Shown piece by piece: positions 46,165 to 56,247 of a stretch of DNA of 64,000 bases. This DNA is from Candidatus Calditenuis fumarioli (GTDB lineage: Archaea > Thermoproteota > Nitrososphaeria_A > Caldarchaeales > Calditenuaceae). A model generated the notes under the pieces. The model searched no databases and had not been told where the DNA came from. It was given only the letters and a program-made list of their open reading frames with translations. Each line of letters starts with the position of its first letter. Positions within the stretch are counted from its first letter, which is position 1. The DNA lies in contig JANVYR010000001.1 of assembly GCA_030059665.1 (NCBI GenBank), forward strand, positions 768,001 to 832,000, written 5' to 3'. The translations under genes were made by a program, and so were the position numbers.

Positions 46165-47331
46165 CTAATCCGACCTGATCTCGATGACGTCGCCGTCCTG
46201 GAGCTGGTGGTCGGGGCCGACGCGCTGCCCCTGAACCTTGACCGACCTGCCCCAAACCCTCGCGTACCGGAAGTTCCTCGCAAGGTCCTTGTGGATGAGC
46301 TCGGCCAGCTCCAGGACCGTCGAGCCCTTCGGCATCAGGATCGGCCTTTTGGAGACCACCCCGTCCTTCTGGGTGTAGACCCTGATCATCTCGAGCGACG
46401 CGAAGACCTCAGCCTTCAGCGCCTCGAGCGACAATGTGTCGTTCACCGAGGCTGCGACGACCGGGATCCGGAGATGCGACCTTATCTCCTCCGCCAGCCT
46501 GTCGATCCGCGAGCGCTCCACCAGATCGGCCTTCGTCAGGACCGCAAGCGCCTTCCTGTAAACCGGCTGAAGGATGACCTGCTCCTCGATCTCGTCCAGG
46601 TCGGCGTCCCCGATCACCTTCACGATCGCGGACCTGTAGCCGTAGGACTTCAGCAGCTCGACCACCTCCTGGTAGCTGCATCGCAGGTTCCCCATCACGA
46701 CGAGCCTGAGCCCTCCCGTGTCGGTCCTCTGGATCCTGACCTCGCACGACCTCTGCCGTAGCGAAACCCCGTGATCCGAGAGGAGCTCCGTGAGCGACTT
46801 CAGCTCGGTCACAGGGTCCCTCGAGGCGTCGGCCACAAGCAAGATCAGATCGGAGTTGCGGGCAACGGCTATCGACCTCGTGGCGAGCGAGGTGGGCCTC
46901 AGGTCCTCGGTCAGAACCGATGGCAGGTCCACCAGCTGGAGCTCCGCGTCCTGGAAGAGCATCATGCCGGGGAAGGGCCTGGTGGTGGTCAGGGGGTAAT
47001 CAGCGACGGGCGACTTGGCACCGGTCAGCGCGTTGAAGAGGGATGACTTGCCGGAGTTCGCCGCCCCGAGCAGAACGATCTGGGCCCACCCCTCCTTCTC
47101 CACCGAGAACTCGTCCCTCCCCCCACCGGATCTCCTCTGCCTCCTCTCCTCCAGCTCCCTCCTGAGCTCCGCGAGCCTCCTCCTGAGCTGCCTCCTGAGC
47201 TTCTCGGTCCCCTTGTGGTCCGGTATCAGGCCGATGGCCTCCTCGAGCTTCTCGATCTTCTCCTCGAGCGTCCTCGCTGCTGAGTACTCGGCGAGCTTCG
47301 CCCTGGCCTCGGCTGGGAGGTTGGTGGGCAT
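46165..47331 (-). CDS. DRG/OBG-family GTPase with a TGS domain
   Basis: MPTNLPAEA, HKGTEKL, GAANSGKSS, YPLTT, DLPS, TKAD, ARVWGRSVK..GQRVG. Confidence 0.93.
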   Translation of the reverse strand: MPTNLPAEARAKLAEYSAARTLEEKIEKLEEAIGLIPDHKGTEKLRRQLRRRLAELRRELEERRQRRSGGGRDEFSVEKEGWAQIVLLGAANSGKSSLFNALTGAKSPVADYPLTTTRPFPGMMLFQDAELQLVDLPSVLTEDLRPTSLATRSIAVARNSDLILLVADASRDPVTELKSLTELLSDHGVSLRQRSCEVRIQRTDTGGLRLVVMGNLRCSYQEVVELLKSYGYRSAIVKVIGDADLDEIEEQVILQPVYRKALAVLTKADLVERSRIDRLAEEIRSHLRIPVVAASVNDTLSLEALKAEVFASLEMIRVYTQKDGVVSKRPILMPKGSTVLELAELIHKDLARNFRYARVWGRSVKVQGQRVGPDHQLQDGDVIEIRSD

Positions 47332-47385
47332 GGGCCCTCATCCCGCTCGGAGCGGCGCGCTTTTCACCTTTGCCGGCTCCTCGGG

Positions 47386-48180
47386 TCACCGCTTCCTGAA
47401 ATCGGTGATCTCCTTGAAGAGCTGGCCCGCCTTGTGCACCCTGACCGCTATCAGGTCCTCGATCCCCGAGGTGGCTATTTTCCTGCCGAGGACCTCCTCG
47501 ACCTGGAAGACGCCTGCCTCGTTGACGATGTGCACGTCGATCCGAAGGGGCCTGCTATCTCCCCTGTGGATCTCGACGGAGGAGATGGCGAGCGCCGAGA
47601 GCGCGTGTATGTCGGACTTCCCGTGCCGGTACGGGATCCTTGCCCTTCCCTCGCTCATGTCAGTTCCGTCGGCCACCTTCACGATCCCCGCCTCCACCGT
47701 CAGCGACTGGACGCTCTCGTCGTGGCTGAGGATGCAGTGGAGGACCTCCGTCCTGATCCTCCGCTCAATCCTCCCGCGCCCGTACACCTTTGGGAGGATC
47801 TCCGAGAGGACGCGGTCCGCGATGAAGACGCCCGTGAGGTGATGCATGGTCCTGTGCACCATGTTTCCTATGTCGTGGAGGTAGGCGCCGAGCATGGTTA
47901 TGGCCATCGCGTCCTCGTGCCTGATCCCGTCCAGGCCAACGGTGGAGAACTTGATCCCGCTGGCCCTCAGGACGTCGAATATCTCGAGCGCCGCACCGGC
48001 AACTATCCTGGCGTGCATCGGCCCGTGATCGTTGTAGAAGAGGCGCTTCACCACCATCTCGTTGCACAGCTCGAGGTAGTCCTGGACCTCCTCGCTCCCC
48101 TCCAGGAGCTCGAGGAGCGCCTCCAGCTTCTCCTTCCCCTTCACCTTCTCCTTGAGGAGCTGCGCCGAGACCCTCACCAA
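47386..48180 (-). CDS. HD-domain phosphohydrolase
   Basis: YNDHGPMHA, YLHDIGN, ILSHD, VKVADGTD. Confidence 0.88.
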   Translation of the reverse strand: MVRVSAQLLKEKVKGKEKLEALLELLEGSEEVQDYLELCNEMVVKRLFYNDHGPMHARIVAGAALEIFDVLRASGIKFSTVGLDGIRHEDAMAITMLGAYLHDIGNMVHRTMHHLTGVFIADRVLSEILPKVYGRGRIERRIRTEVLHCILSHDESVQSLTVEAGIVKVADGTDMSEGRARIPYRHGKSDIHALSALAISSVEIHRGDSRPLRIDVHIVNEAGVFQVEEVLGRKIATSGIEDLIAVRVHKAGQLFKEITDFRKR

Positions 48181-48296
48181 GCCCCCGTTACAGCAAGCGT
48201 TCGGGATAAAGGGGTTAGCGGTCGGTGGTTCCTAGGACGAACGGCCCCATCGGAGGGTCCCTGGCTCCATCACGCCGTCCGAGCTGAAGTGTACGG

Positions 48297-49769
48297 TCAC
48301 CTGACATCCGGGTAGGAAAGGGCTCGGGAAAGCCACGCCTTAAGCTCCGATACCGGAACCCTCTCCTGCCTCGTGGTGTCCCTGTCCCTGACCGTAACGG
48401 TGTCGTCCTGGAGCGTCTGGTAGTCCACGGTGACGCAGAAGGGAACCCCGATCTCGTCGAGCATCCGGTACCTCTTCCCGATCGTGTCGTCGGCCTCGTA
48501 GACCGCATCGAAGTCGATCCTGAGGGCCTCGTAGACCTCCATCGCCTTCTCCGGGAGGCCGTCCCTGTCCACCAGCGGAAGCACCGCTACCTGCACGGGT
48601 GCGAGGAATGGCGGCAGCCTCAGTACCCTTCGGCGGCCGTCGCTGGTGAGGTTGTGCTCGAGCAGGACGTAGACGCTACGGTCGACGCCCATCGAGAGCT
48701 CGAAGACGTGCGGGACGAACTTCCTTCCCCTGTTGTATGCGGTCAGGTCCTTCCCGCTGACCCTCATGTGACCCGAGAGGTCGTAGTCCCCCCTGTAGTT
48801 GCATGCCACGAGCTCGACCCAGCCCAGCGACGTCTGGACCTCCAGGTCCCACGACTCCCTGGCGTAGAAGGGCTTCTCGTCCTCGCCGAGCCTCCTCAAC
48901 CTGATCCTCGTCCTGTCTATCCCGATGATCTCGTAGAACCTCTGTATCAGCGCGAGGTAGTAGGCCTCTATCCTCATCGGCACAAGTCCCTCCCTGACCG
49001 CTTCCTCGGCCGTGATCTCCGTCACCGACTCGCCGTCGTGCGCGAGCCTGAGCCTGTGGTCCTTGAGCCTGGCCCACCTTCTTTCGTCCAGGTCGTCCTC
49101 CGGGTCGAAGAGGACCTCGACCTCTGCCTGGTAGAACTCCCTAAGCCTCAGCAGCCCCTGTCGGGGCGAGATCTCGTTCCTGAAGCTCTTGCCGAACTGG
49201 CATAGCGGCAACGGGAACCTAGACCAGCCTATCTTGTAGACCCTGAGGAAGTCGATAAAGAGGGACTGGCACGTCTCGGGTCTCAGGTAGGCCTCCGCAC
49301 CCTCCCCTCCAACGGAGACCCTGAACATCATGTTGAACCTCGTCACCTCTGAGAGCTCGCCGCCGCAGCTCGGGCACCTCACGCCCTCCCTCAGGATCAT
49401 CGCGTAGATCTCGCTGTCCGGTAGGCGCTCGGGCACGATCTTGCCGGTCTTCTCCTGGAGGAGTCTGTCGGCCCTGAACACCGAGCCGCATCGGAGGCAC
49501 CTGGTTATCGGGTCGGCGAACGACTCGAGGTGCCCGGAAGCGACGAAGACGTCCTTCGCCATGATCACCGAACCGTCGAGCTCCACCATCCCGTCGTACC
49601 TGACCACGTACCTCCTCCAAGCCTCGACGTACCTGTTCTTCAGCGCGTTCCCCAGCGGTCCGTAGTCCCAGAAGCCAGCCGGTGCACCGTCGTATATCTC
49701 GCAGGATGGGAAGTAGAACCCCCTCCGCAGCGCGAGCTCCATCACCTCGTCGTAAGCCCTTCCTGACAT
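48297..49769 (-). CDS. glyS: Glycyl-tRNA synthetase (archaeal/eukaryotic type)
   Basis: DYGPLG, SGHLESF, YLRPETCQ, GKSFRNEISPR, LRLREFYQAE, PHVFELSMGVDR, anticodon-binding domain. Confidence 0.97.
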   Translation of the reverse strand: MSGRAYDEVMELALRRGFYFPSCEIYDGAPAGFWDYGPLGNALKNRYVEAWRRYVVRYDGMVELDGSVIMAKDVFVASGHLESFADPITRCLRCGSVFRADRLLQEKTGKIVPERLPDSEIYAMILREGVRCPSCGGELSEVTRFNMMFRVSVGGEGAEAYLRPETCQSLFIDFLRVYKIGWSRFPLPLCQFGKSFRNEISPRQGLLRLREFYQAEVEVLFDPEDDLDERRWARLKDHRLRLAHDGESVTEITAEEAVREGLVPMRIEAYYLALIQRFYEIIGIDRTRIRLRRLGEDEKPFYARESWDLEVQTSLGWVELVACNYRGDYDLSGHMRVSGKDLTAYNRGRKFVPHVFELSMGVDRSVYVLLEHNLTSDGRRRVLRLPPFLAPVQVAVLPLVDRDGLPEKAMEVYEALRIDFDAVYEADDTIGKRYRMLDEIGVPFCVTVDYQTLQDDTVTVRDRDTTRQERVPVSELKAWLSRALSYPDVR

Positions 49770-49866
49770 CCCGCCACCCGTTCGTCCCCTCACCGGAGCT
49801 ATTTGAGCGTCGGTTTCGCAGGAGCGGGTTCACTCCACGGATGTCGTCTTTGCGTTGACCGTGCCT

Positions 49867-50706
49867 TCAGCCGAGTGGGGCCCCGCAGTTCGGACACCTG
49901 CCCCCTATGTCGCGCCAGGTCTCCACGCACTCCCTGTGCATTGGAGCACCGCAGGAGCCGCAGGTCTTCAGCGCGCTGGCCGGGATCTGATCGCCGCAGA
50001 TGGCGCACTCCATGCTGGCTGCTTGTGCCCTCGGAGGCTGGACGGCCTGAGGTCCAACGGCGGCCCTCTCGGCCTGCGAGTCCCTGACCTCTACTGCGGA
50101 TTCCTCCTGCCTGAGGAGCTCCTCGAAGACCTCCTCCTCCCTGCTCAGGGAGGGCTCCTCGTAGCTGGTGACCGTCCCCGTCTCGTACTCCACAGCCGGG
50201 ACCTGCGAGGGCGTGTAGGCCATTATCGGTACCTGCGAGGGAGAGGGCGAGGGCCTCAGGGCCACAAATCCTATCACAGCGGATATGAACCCTCCCCCTG
50301 CCATGGCCACGCCGGTGAAGAGCGCCGCGATCGCTCCCACCTCGGGCTTGAACTGGACCTCAAGAGACGGCAACTGGTGGAGGATGACGTACAGCGGCGA
50401 GAGGATCGCGAGCGCTGCTCCTCCGAGGGCCAGTGCCGGGACCGTGAAGCGCAGGACCTTGACGTTCGAGGAGAGGGACGCCAGCACCCCAGCGCCCCCG
50501 GCCAGTAGGCCCGCCAGGATGGAGAGGGTGAAGCTCCAGCTCAGGACGAACCCCTGGATGCCCCGGACGACGACGTTGTCGTTCAGGAGCGAGGCCCAGT
50601 CCAGCAGCAGCGTCAGGACGTGGATCGCGCCGAGCACCGCGATCAGCGATCCCACCCGGATCAGCCTCACCAGCGCGTCCCTTACGTCGGTCCCCGTGAC
50701 GAGCAT
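49867..50706 (-). CDS. Membrane protein (3-4 TM) with an acidic linker and a C-terminal C4HC3 RING-like zinc finger
   Basis: CAIC-x11-CGSC-x4-HREC-x10-CPNC at the C-terminus. Confidence 0.8.
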   Translation of the reverse strand: MLVTGTDVRDALVRLIRVGSLIAVLGAIHVLTLLLDWASLLNDNVVVRGIQGFVLSWSFTLSILAGLLAGGAGVLASLSSNVKVLRFTVPALALGGAALAILSPLYVILHQLPSLEVQFKPEVGAIAALFTGVAMAGGGFISAVIGFVALRPSPSPSQVPIMAYTPSQVPAVEYETGTVTSYEEPSLSREEEVFEELLRQEESAVEVRDSQAERAAVGPQAVQPPRAQAASMECAICGDQIPASALKTCGSCGAPMHRECVETWRDIGGRCPNCGAPLG

Positions 50707-50805
50707 GCCTGCGTGTCCACCACTCAGCTCGTATATAAGTCGGCACGGCGCATGGGATGCGGACGCTTCACGGGTAGCGCCGCCGTCCGGTAAGGGGTCG
50801 CTCGT

Positions 50806-51255
50806 TCATGGAACCTCCTTCACGGTCTCGAAGACGAAGCAGGTCTCGGTCCTGGCGACGCTCTTCATGGTCCTGAGACGGTCTATCACCAGCCTGCCCA
50901 CGTCCTCCGTCGAGGCCGCACGGACCTTCAGGATCATGTCCCACTGGCCGCTCACAAGGTGGACCTCGTAGACGTCCTCGATCCGCGCTATCTGGGAGGC
51001 CAGCTCCCGTTGCGATATCTCCTGAGCTGGAGTGAACGAGACCAGCACGAACGCGGTCGTCCCGCGTCCTATCTTGGCGTAGTCCGGTATCGCGGTGAAG
51101 CTCCTGATGTACCCGAGCTCCGTCAGCCGCCGAACGCGCTCCTGAACCGTCGTCCTCGGTATCGAGAGCTCCGCCGCGAGCTCGGTGAACGACTTCCTCG
51201 CGTCCCGCCTGAGCGCCTCCAGTATCCTCAGGTCCCTCTCGTCGATCTCCGTCAC
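50806..51255 (-). CDS. Lrp/AsnC-family regulator
   Basis: IDERDLRIL..L..DARKSF, TVQERV, HLVSGQWD. Confidence 0.93.
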   Translation of the reverse strand: MTEIDERDLRILEALRRDARKSFTELAAELSIPRTTVQERVRRLTELGYIRSFTAIPDYAKIGRGTTAFVLVSFTPAQEISQRELASQIARIEDVYEVHLVSGQWDMILKVRAASTEDVGRLVIDRLRTMKSVARTETCFVFETVKEVP

Positions 51256-51341
51256 GTTGACGGCATCCCAAGGCCCAAATATAACACTGTGACTTAAACA
51301 ACCGCCTAACACAAGCCGGATTAAGATATTTAAAGGACTTA

Positions 51342-52406
51342 GTGGAACCGGAGGTGTTGAGCCGCGTCAAGGACGTCGCGATCCTCGGCTACGGAGGGTA
51401 CGTTCCCCGATACAGGATAAGGGCCTCCGAGATAGCGCGGGTCTGGGGAAGGGACGACGACGCGCTTCCGATCAAGGAGAAGTCGGTCAACGGGATCGAC
51501 GAGGACGTGATAACCATGGCCATAGAGGCGTGCAAATACGCGCTGCGGAGGGCCGGGATAGACGTCCGGAGGATAGGCGCCGTGAACGTGGGGTCCGAGT
51601 CCCACCCATACGCGGTAAAGCCGTCGGGGACCGTCGTGGCTGAGGCGCTCGGGATACCGCCGACGCACCTCTCCGCGGACCTCGAGTTCGCCTGCAAGGC
51701 CGGCACCGAGGCGATGCAGATGATCGCGGGCCTGGTGTCTTCTGGGCTGATAGAATATGGGATAGCGGTTGGAGCTGACACAGCTCAGGGGAGGCCCTCC
51801 GATGCCCTCGAGTTCACGGCCGCAGCCGGAGCGGCAGCCTTCGTTCTGGGCAGGAGCAACGGCGACGAGGTGGCGACGATCGAGCACGTGGTGAGCTACG
51901 TCACCGACACGCCCGACTTCTGGAGGAGGGCCCACGAGAGGTATCCCCGACACGCCTCGAGGTTCACCGGCGAGCCGGCCTACTTCCACCACACGGTATC
52001 TGCCGTGAAGGCCCTTCTGGAGGAGACGGGACTGAAGGTCTCCGACATCGACTACTTCGTCTTCCATCAGCCCAACTACAAGTTCCCGTACGCCGCCGCG
52101 AAGGTCCTGCAGATACCTAAGGAGAAGGTGGATCCCGGGGTCGTGACGAACGTGATAGGCAACACCTACGCCGCCTGCTCTCCGCTGGGGCTCGTCAGGG
52201 TCCTCGACCACGCCAAGCCCGGGCAGAGGATCGTGCTGACCTCCTTCGGTTCCGGTGCGGGAAGCGACTCCTTCCTCATCGTGACGAGGGAGGGCCTGGA
52301 GAGGAAGAGGAACCTCGCTCCGCTGCTGGACACCCTGATCGCCCGTGCCAAGTACATCGACTACGCCCAGTACCTGAGGCACCGCGACAAGATCAGGACC
52401 TCGTGA
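51342..52406 (+). CDS. Hydroxymethylglutaryl-CoA synthase (archaeal)
   Basis: EDVITMA, GSESHPYAVKP, EFACKAGT, FTGEPAYF, HQPN, GNTYA, SFGSGAGSD. Confidence 0.95.
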   Translation: MEPEVLSRVKDVAILGYGGYVPRYRIRASEIARVWGRDDDALPIKEKSVNGIDEDVITMAIEACKYALRRAGIDVRRIGAVNVGSESHPYAVKPSGTVVAEALGIPPTHLSADLEFACKAGTEAMQMIAGLVSSGLIEYGIAVGADTAQGRPSDALEFTAAAGAAAFVLGRSNGDEVATIEHVVSYVTDTPDFWRRAHERYPRHASRFTGEPAYFHHTVSAVKALLEETGLKVSDIDYFVFHQPNYKFPYAAAKVLQIPKEKVDPGVVTNVIGNTYAACSPLGLVRVLDHAKPGQRIVLTSFGSGAGSDSFLIVTREGLERKRNLAPLLDTLIARAKYIDYAQYLRHRDKIRTS

Positions 52407-52412
52407 TGGTCG

Positions 52413-53579
52413 ATGAGGACGGTCTACTTGGCCGGCGTGGGGTACACGAAGGTCTCCGAGCACTGGGACCGGTCCCTGACGGAGCTGGCCGCTGAGGCGG
52501 CGCTCGCTGCGGTGAGGGATGCCGGCGTCGAGCGGGTGGACGCGATCTACTTCGCGAACGCGGCCGCAGAGATCACCTCGCACCAGATGGGGATCAGCGC
52601 GATCGTCTCAGAGGAGCTCGGTCTCTCCGGCGTTCCCTCCGTCAGGGTCGAGTGCGGTGAGGCCTCCGGGATGGCGGCGCTCTTTCAGGCACACGCGGCC
52701 GTCTCCTCGGGTTTGGCGGAGGTGGCCCTCGTAGTCGGTGCCGAAAAGCTCTCCGATCTGATGCCGGAGGAGTTCAACACGGTCTTCTCGATGACGCTCC
52801 CGTACGAGACGATGGGCTTCGCCGGCGTGACGCCCACCGCGATAGCGGCCCTGCTCTACCGCGTCTACATGGAACGCTATGAGGTCCCTCAGGAGTTCGT
52901 GGCCCAGTTCCCGGCACTGATGCACAGGAACGCGAAGGGGGTGCCCCACGCCCAGTTCCCGTTCGAGGTGAAGCTAGAGGACGTGCTCTCGTCCCCTCCC
53001 GTCGCCCCTCCTCTCAGGAGGCTAGAGTGCACCGCGCCCTGCGACGGGGCCGCAGCGGTGGTGCTCGTCTCCGAGGAGTCGGTGGGAGGAGCGAGGTCGG
53101 GGACCGTCACGAAGCTCGCAGGCGTCAGCCTGAGGACCGATTACGCCTCGCCGTTCGATCGGGAGGACCCGCTCCACCTCTCATCGGTCGCGCTCTCGGT
53201 GGAGGAGGCCCTGCTACGGTCGGGCATCGACCGCGATGAGCTGGACGTCCTCGAGCTCCACGATTCCTTCTCGATCATGGCTCCTCTGGTGCTGGAGAGC
53301 GCCGGTTTCTCTCCGAAGGGGAGGAGCGGCCTCGAGCTGAAGGAGGGGAGGTTCGAGCTCGGAGGGGAGCTTCCCATCAACACCTTCGGCGGGCTGAAGG
53401 CGAGGGGTCATCCTTTCGGGGCATCTGCGCTCTACCAGGTCGCGGAGCTCCACCTCCAGCTCACAGGGAGGGCGGGGAAGAACCAGCTGGACAGGGCCAA
53501 GAGCGGCATGGCGGTCTCCACCACCGGGTTCGGAGCCCTGTCGGGTGCGGCAGTCCTCATCGGAGGTGACAGCGCGTGA
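52413..53579 (+). CDS. Acetoacetyl-CoA thiolase (archaeal type)
   Basis: VECGEASG, VGAEK, CDGAAAVVL, ELHDSF, NTFGGLKARGHPFGA. Confidence 0.92.
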   Translation: MRTVYLAGVGYTKVSEHWDRSLTELAAEAALAAVRDAGVERVDAIYFANAAAEITSHQMGISAIVSEELGLSGVPSVRVECGEASGMAALFQAHAAVSSGLAEVALVVGAEKLSDLMPEEFNTVFSMTLPYETMGFAGVTPTAIAALLYRVYMERYEVPQEFVAQFPALMHRNAKGVPHAQFPFEVKLEDVLSSPPVAPPLRRLECTAPCDGAAAVVLVSEESVGGARSGTVTKLAGVSLRTDYASPFDREDPLHLSSVALSVEEALLRSGIDRDELDVLELHDSFSIMAPLVLESAGFSPKGRSGLELKEGRFELGGELPINTFGGLKARGHPFGASALYQVAELHLQLTGRAGKNQLDRAKSGMAVSTTGFGALSGAAVLIGGDSA

Positions 53580-53983
53580 GGCCCGGCATACGTCCCCAGG
53601 AGCACTGGCGCTCGAAGAGGTTCAGGTACATGCTGGAGGTGCTCAGGTGTGCCAACTGCGGCACCGTCAACGCCACCCGCAGGTCAGTCTGCCGTCGCTG
53701 CAGGTCCACCTCCCTCGTCCGCGAGAGGCTTCCAGAGAGGGCCAGGCTCTTGGCCTTCACGGAGGTCAAGTCCGCGACCGACGTGCACGACGAGATGGCT
53801 CCCTACCTGGTGGGCCTGCTCGAGTTCGAGGACGGCACGAGGATAGTGGCGCAGCTGACGGACGCCGACTACGAGGAGCTCAGGCCCGGCATGGAGATGG
53901 AGATGGTCGTCCGGAAGATCGCCCAGGACGGCGAGTCCGGCGTGATAGTCTACGGCTTCAAGTTCAGGCCCGTCGTCTCCTGA
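53576..53983 (+). CDS. DUF35 Zn-ribbon/OB-fold scaffold of the thiolase-HMGS complex
   Basis: CANCG...CRRC, PYLVGLLE, YGFKFRP; third gene of the known archaeal mevalonate trio. Confidence 0.92.
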   Translation: MRPGIRPQEHWRSKRFRYMLEVLRCANCGTVNATRRSVCRRCRSTSLVRERLPERARLLAFTEVKSATDVHDEMAPYLVGLLEFEDGTRIVAQLTDADYEELRPGMEMEMVVRKIAQDGESGVIVYGFKFRPVVS

Positions 53984-54065
53984 GCCACCGTCGCGGCCCT
54001 TCCGTTCTTCCGTCGCAGCGTCGCCTCGAAAGGCTCTTATCGTCAGCTGAGGGTTCGGGTAAAGA

Positions 54066-54749
54066 ATGCAGGTCCTGAAGGAGAGGGAGAGGAAGTACGT
54101 CCGGCAGCTCTTCGAGAAGGAGCTCTCGGGCGACGTCAGGCTAGTGGTCTTCACGCAGAAGTTCGAGTGCGAGGGGTGCGAGATCACCAGGAGCATCGCC
54201 GAGGAGCTGGCAGAGCTTTCGCCACACCTGAGCGTTGAGGTATACGACTTCGAGGAGAACGCAGACCTCGCGAGGAAGTGGAAAGTCGACAAGATACCGG
54301 CGCTGCTCGTCTTCGGCAAGAGGGAGTACGGCATCAGGTACTTCGGCATGCCCACAGGGTACGAGTTCTCCGCCCTCCTGGACGACATAGTGGACGTCTC
54401 GAAGGGGAGGTCCAGGCTCTCGGAGGCCACCAGGTCTAGGCTCAAGGAGATCTCTGAGCCGGTTCACATCCAGGTCTTCGTGACGCCGACGTGCCCCTAC
54501 TGCCCCAGGGCAGTCAGGACGGCCCACATGTTCGCGCTCGAGAACGAGAACTTCGTGGGCGACATGATCGAGTCGCTGGAGTTCCCCCATCTGGCTAACA
54601 AGTACAACGTGATGGCGGTCCCGAAGGTGGTGATCAACGACACCCTCGCCTTCGAGGGGGCGGTTCCGGAGCACATCTTCCTTGAATACGTCCTTCACGC
54701 CCTGGAGCACGCGAGGGAGGGCCACGGACACCACCATCACGGTCATTAG
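54066..54749 (+). CDS. Protein disulfide oxidoreductase (two thioredoxin folds) with a His-rich tail
   Basis: CEGC, RYFGMPTGYEF, TPTCPYCP, VMAVPK, tail HGHHHHGH. Confidence 0.92.
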   Translation: MQVLKERERKYVRQLFEKELSGDVRLVVFTQKFECEGCEITRSIAEELAELSPHLSVEVYDFEENADLARKWKVDKIPALLVFGKREYGIRYFGMPTGYEFSALLDDIVDVSKGRSRLSEATRSRLKEISEPVHIQVFVTPTCPYCPRAVRTAHMFALENENFVGDMIESLEFPHLANKYNVMAVPKVVINDTLAFEGAVPEHIFLEYVLHALEHAREGHGHHHHGH

Positions 54750-54773
54750 GAACGCGGTTCATTTCGGGGCAGG

Positions 54774-55427
54774 ATGGAGGCGAGGGTCCTCAGGGATGAC
54801 GGGAAGTCGATCGAGCTGGAGCTGAAGGGCGTACCGCTCTCGATAGCCAACGCGATAAGGAGGCACCTGATCAACGAGGTACCCACGATGGCGGTCGAGG
54901 AGGTGATGGTGATCGAGAACTCCTCATCGGTTTACAACGAGGTCCTAGCCCACAGGATCTCGCTCATACCCTTCAAAACCGACCTGGACAACTTCGTGCT
55001 GCCGGAGGAGTGCGACTGCGGCAACAGGCTCGGTTGCGACAGGTGCGTGGTCAGGTTCTCGCTTAGGGCGAAAGCCGTCTCGGAGGTGGTCACGGTCTAC
55101 TCGAGGGACCTGGTGAGGGAGACGGGGACGGAGGTGGTGGAGCCGGTGAGCGGGGACTTCCCGATCGTGAAGCTCGCGCCTGGTCAGGCGATCGAGATGG
55201 AGCTCTACGTCCGGCTCGGGACCGGAAAGAAGCACGCGAAGTGGATACCCGGGATAGCCACGCTCTACGACGGCCCCGACGGTTCCAGGACGCTGTACTT
55301 CGAGTCCTTCGGGTTCCTCCCCCCTGCCAGGGCGGTTCTGGAGGCGGCGAAGATATTTGAGAAGAGGACCGGCGAGCTGGAGAGGGTCCTGATGGAGGCG
55401 TTGGGGGATGCCGGGAAGGAAGCCTGA
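54774..55427 (+). CDS. rpo3: RNA polymerase subunit Rpo3 (D)
   Basis: IANAIRR, ENSSSVYNEVLAHRISLIP, CDC...CDRC, PIVKL, HAKW. Confidence 0.95.
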   Translation: MEARVLRDDGKSIELELKGVPLSIANAIRRHLINEVPTMAVEEVMVIENSSSVYNEVLAHRISLIPFKTDLDNFVLPEECDCGNRLGCDRCVVRFSLRAKAVSEVVTVYSRDLVRETGTEVVEPVSGDFPIVKLAPGQAIEMELYVRLGTGKKHAKWIPGIATLYDGPDGSRTLYFESFGFLPPARAVLEAAKIFEKRTGELERVLMEALGDAGKEA

Positions 55428-55767
55428 GCCGACGAGGTACGCGCATTTGGTCAGGGTCGTCAGCAGGCTGGCGGAGGAGAGCCCGTTCTGGGAGAGGGTG
55501 CTCGAGGAGCTGAAGAGGAGCAAGAGGTCCAGGAGGGTGGTGAACGTGGAGAAGCTCAATCGGGTCACGAGGCCGAACGAGAGGGTGCTGGTCCTCGGGA
55601 AGCTGCTCGGGACCGGCAGGCTCAACCACCCGCTCACCGTGATCGCGTTCGACTTCTCAGAGGCTTCCTACAGGAAGGTCCAGGAGGCCGGTGGCACGCC
55701 GCTCTACCTCGACCAGTTCATAGCCTCGGGCAAACCCGACGTCTCCGGCATCAGGCTGGTGGGGTGA
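55408..55767 (+). CDS. rpl18e: Ribosomal protein eL18
   Basis: RRVVNVEKLNR, VLGKLLGTG, FSEAS. Confidence 0.93.
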   Translation: MPGRKPEPTRYAHLVRVVSRLAEESPFWERVLEELKRSKRSRRVVNVEKLNRVTRPNERVLVLGKLLGTGRLNHPLTVIAFDFSEASYRKVQEAGGTPLYLDQFIASGKPDVSGIRLVG

Positions 55768-56243
55768 TGGTGGTGAGCGCGGAGGACCTGGTGGTGATAG
55801 ACGGCTCGAACCACAGGCTCGGCAGGCTCGCCTCCCGGGTGGCTAAGATGCTCCTAGAGGGGAAGAGGGTGGTGGTGCTGAACGCCGACAAGATCGTCAT
55901 CACCGGCAGCAAGTCCGCAATCCTCGCCAGGTACCAGTACCTCCTCGACAGGACGTGGCTCTCCTCGATCGAGAGGGTCCAGGTTTGGAACCCGAGGAGG
56001 CCCGACAGGATCTTCTGGTACACCGTCCGCAGGATGCTGCCGAGGAAGAAGCCGAAGGGCAGGGAGGCCCTCTCCAGGCTGAGGGTCTACAACGGCGTGC
56101 CCGAGGAGTTCTCGAACTTCAAGGCCGTCACCGTCGAGGACGCGCTGCACAGGAGCGAGATCAGCCGCTCGGGCAAGCTGATCAAGTGGATGACGCTCGG
56201 CGAGCTCTCCAAGCTCATAGGCGGGAAGGTGAGAGCGGAGTAA
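55764..56243 (+). CDS. rpl13: Ribosomal protein uL13
   Basis: LGRLASRVAK.LL.G, PRRPDRIF...VRRMLP, RLRVYNGVP. Confidence 0.95.
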   Translation: MMVVSAEDLVVIDGSNHRLGRLASRVAKMLLEGKRVVVLNADKIVITGSKSAILARYQYLLDRTWLSSIERVQVWNPRRPDRIFWYTVRRMLPRKKPKGREALSRLRVYNGVPEEFSNFKAVTVEDALHRSEISRSGKLIKWMTLGELSKLIGGKVRAE

Positions 56244-56247
56244 GGTC

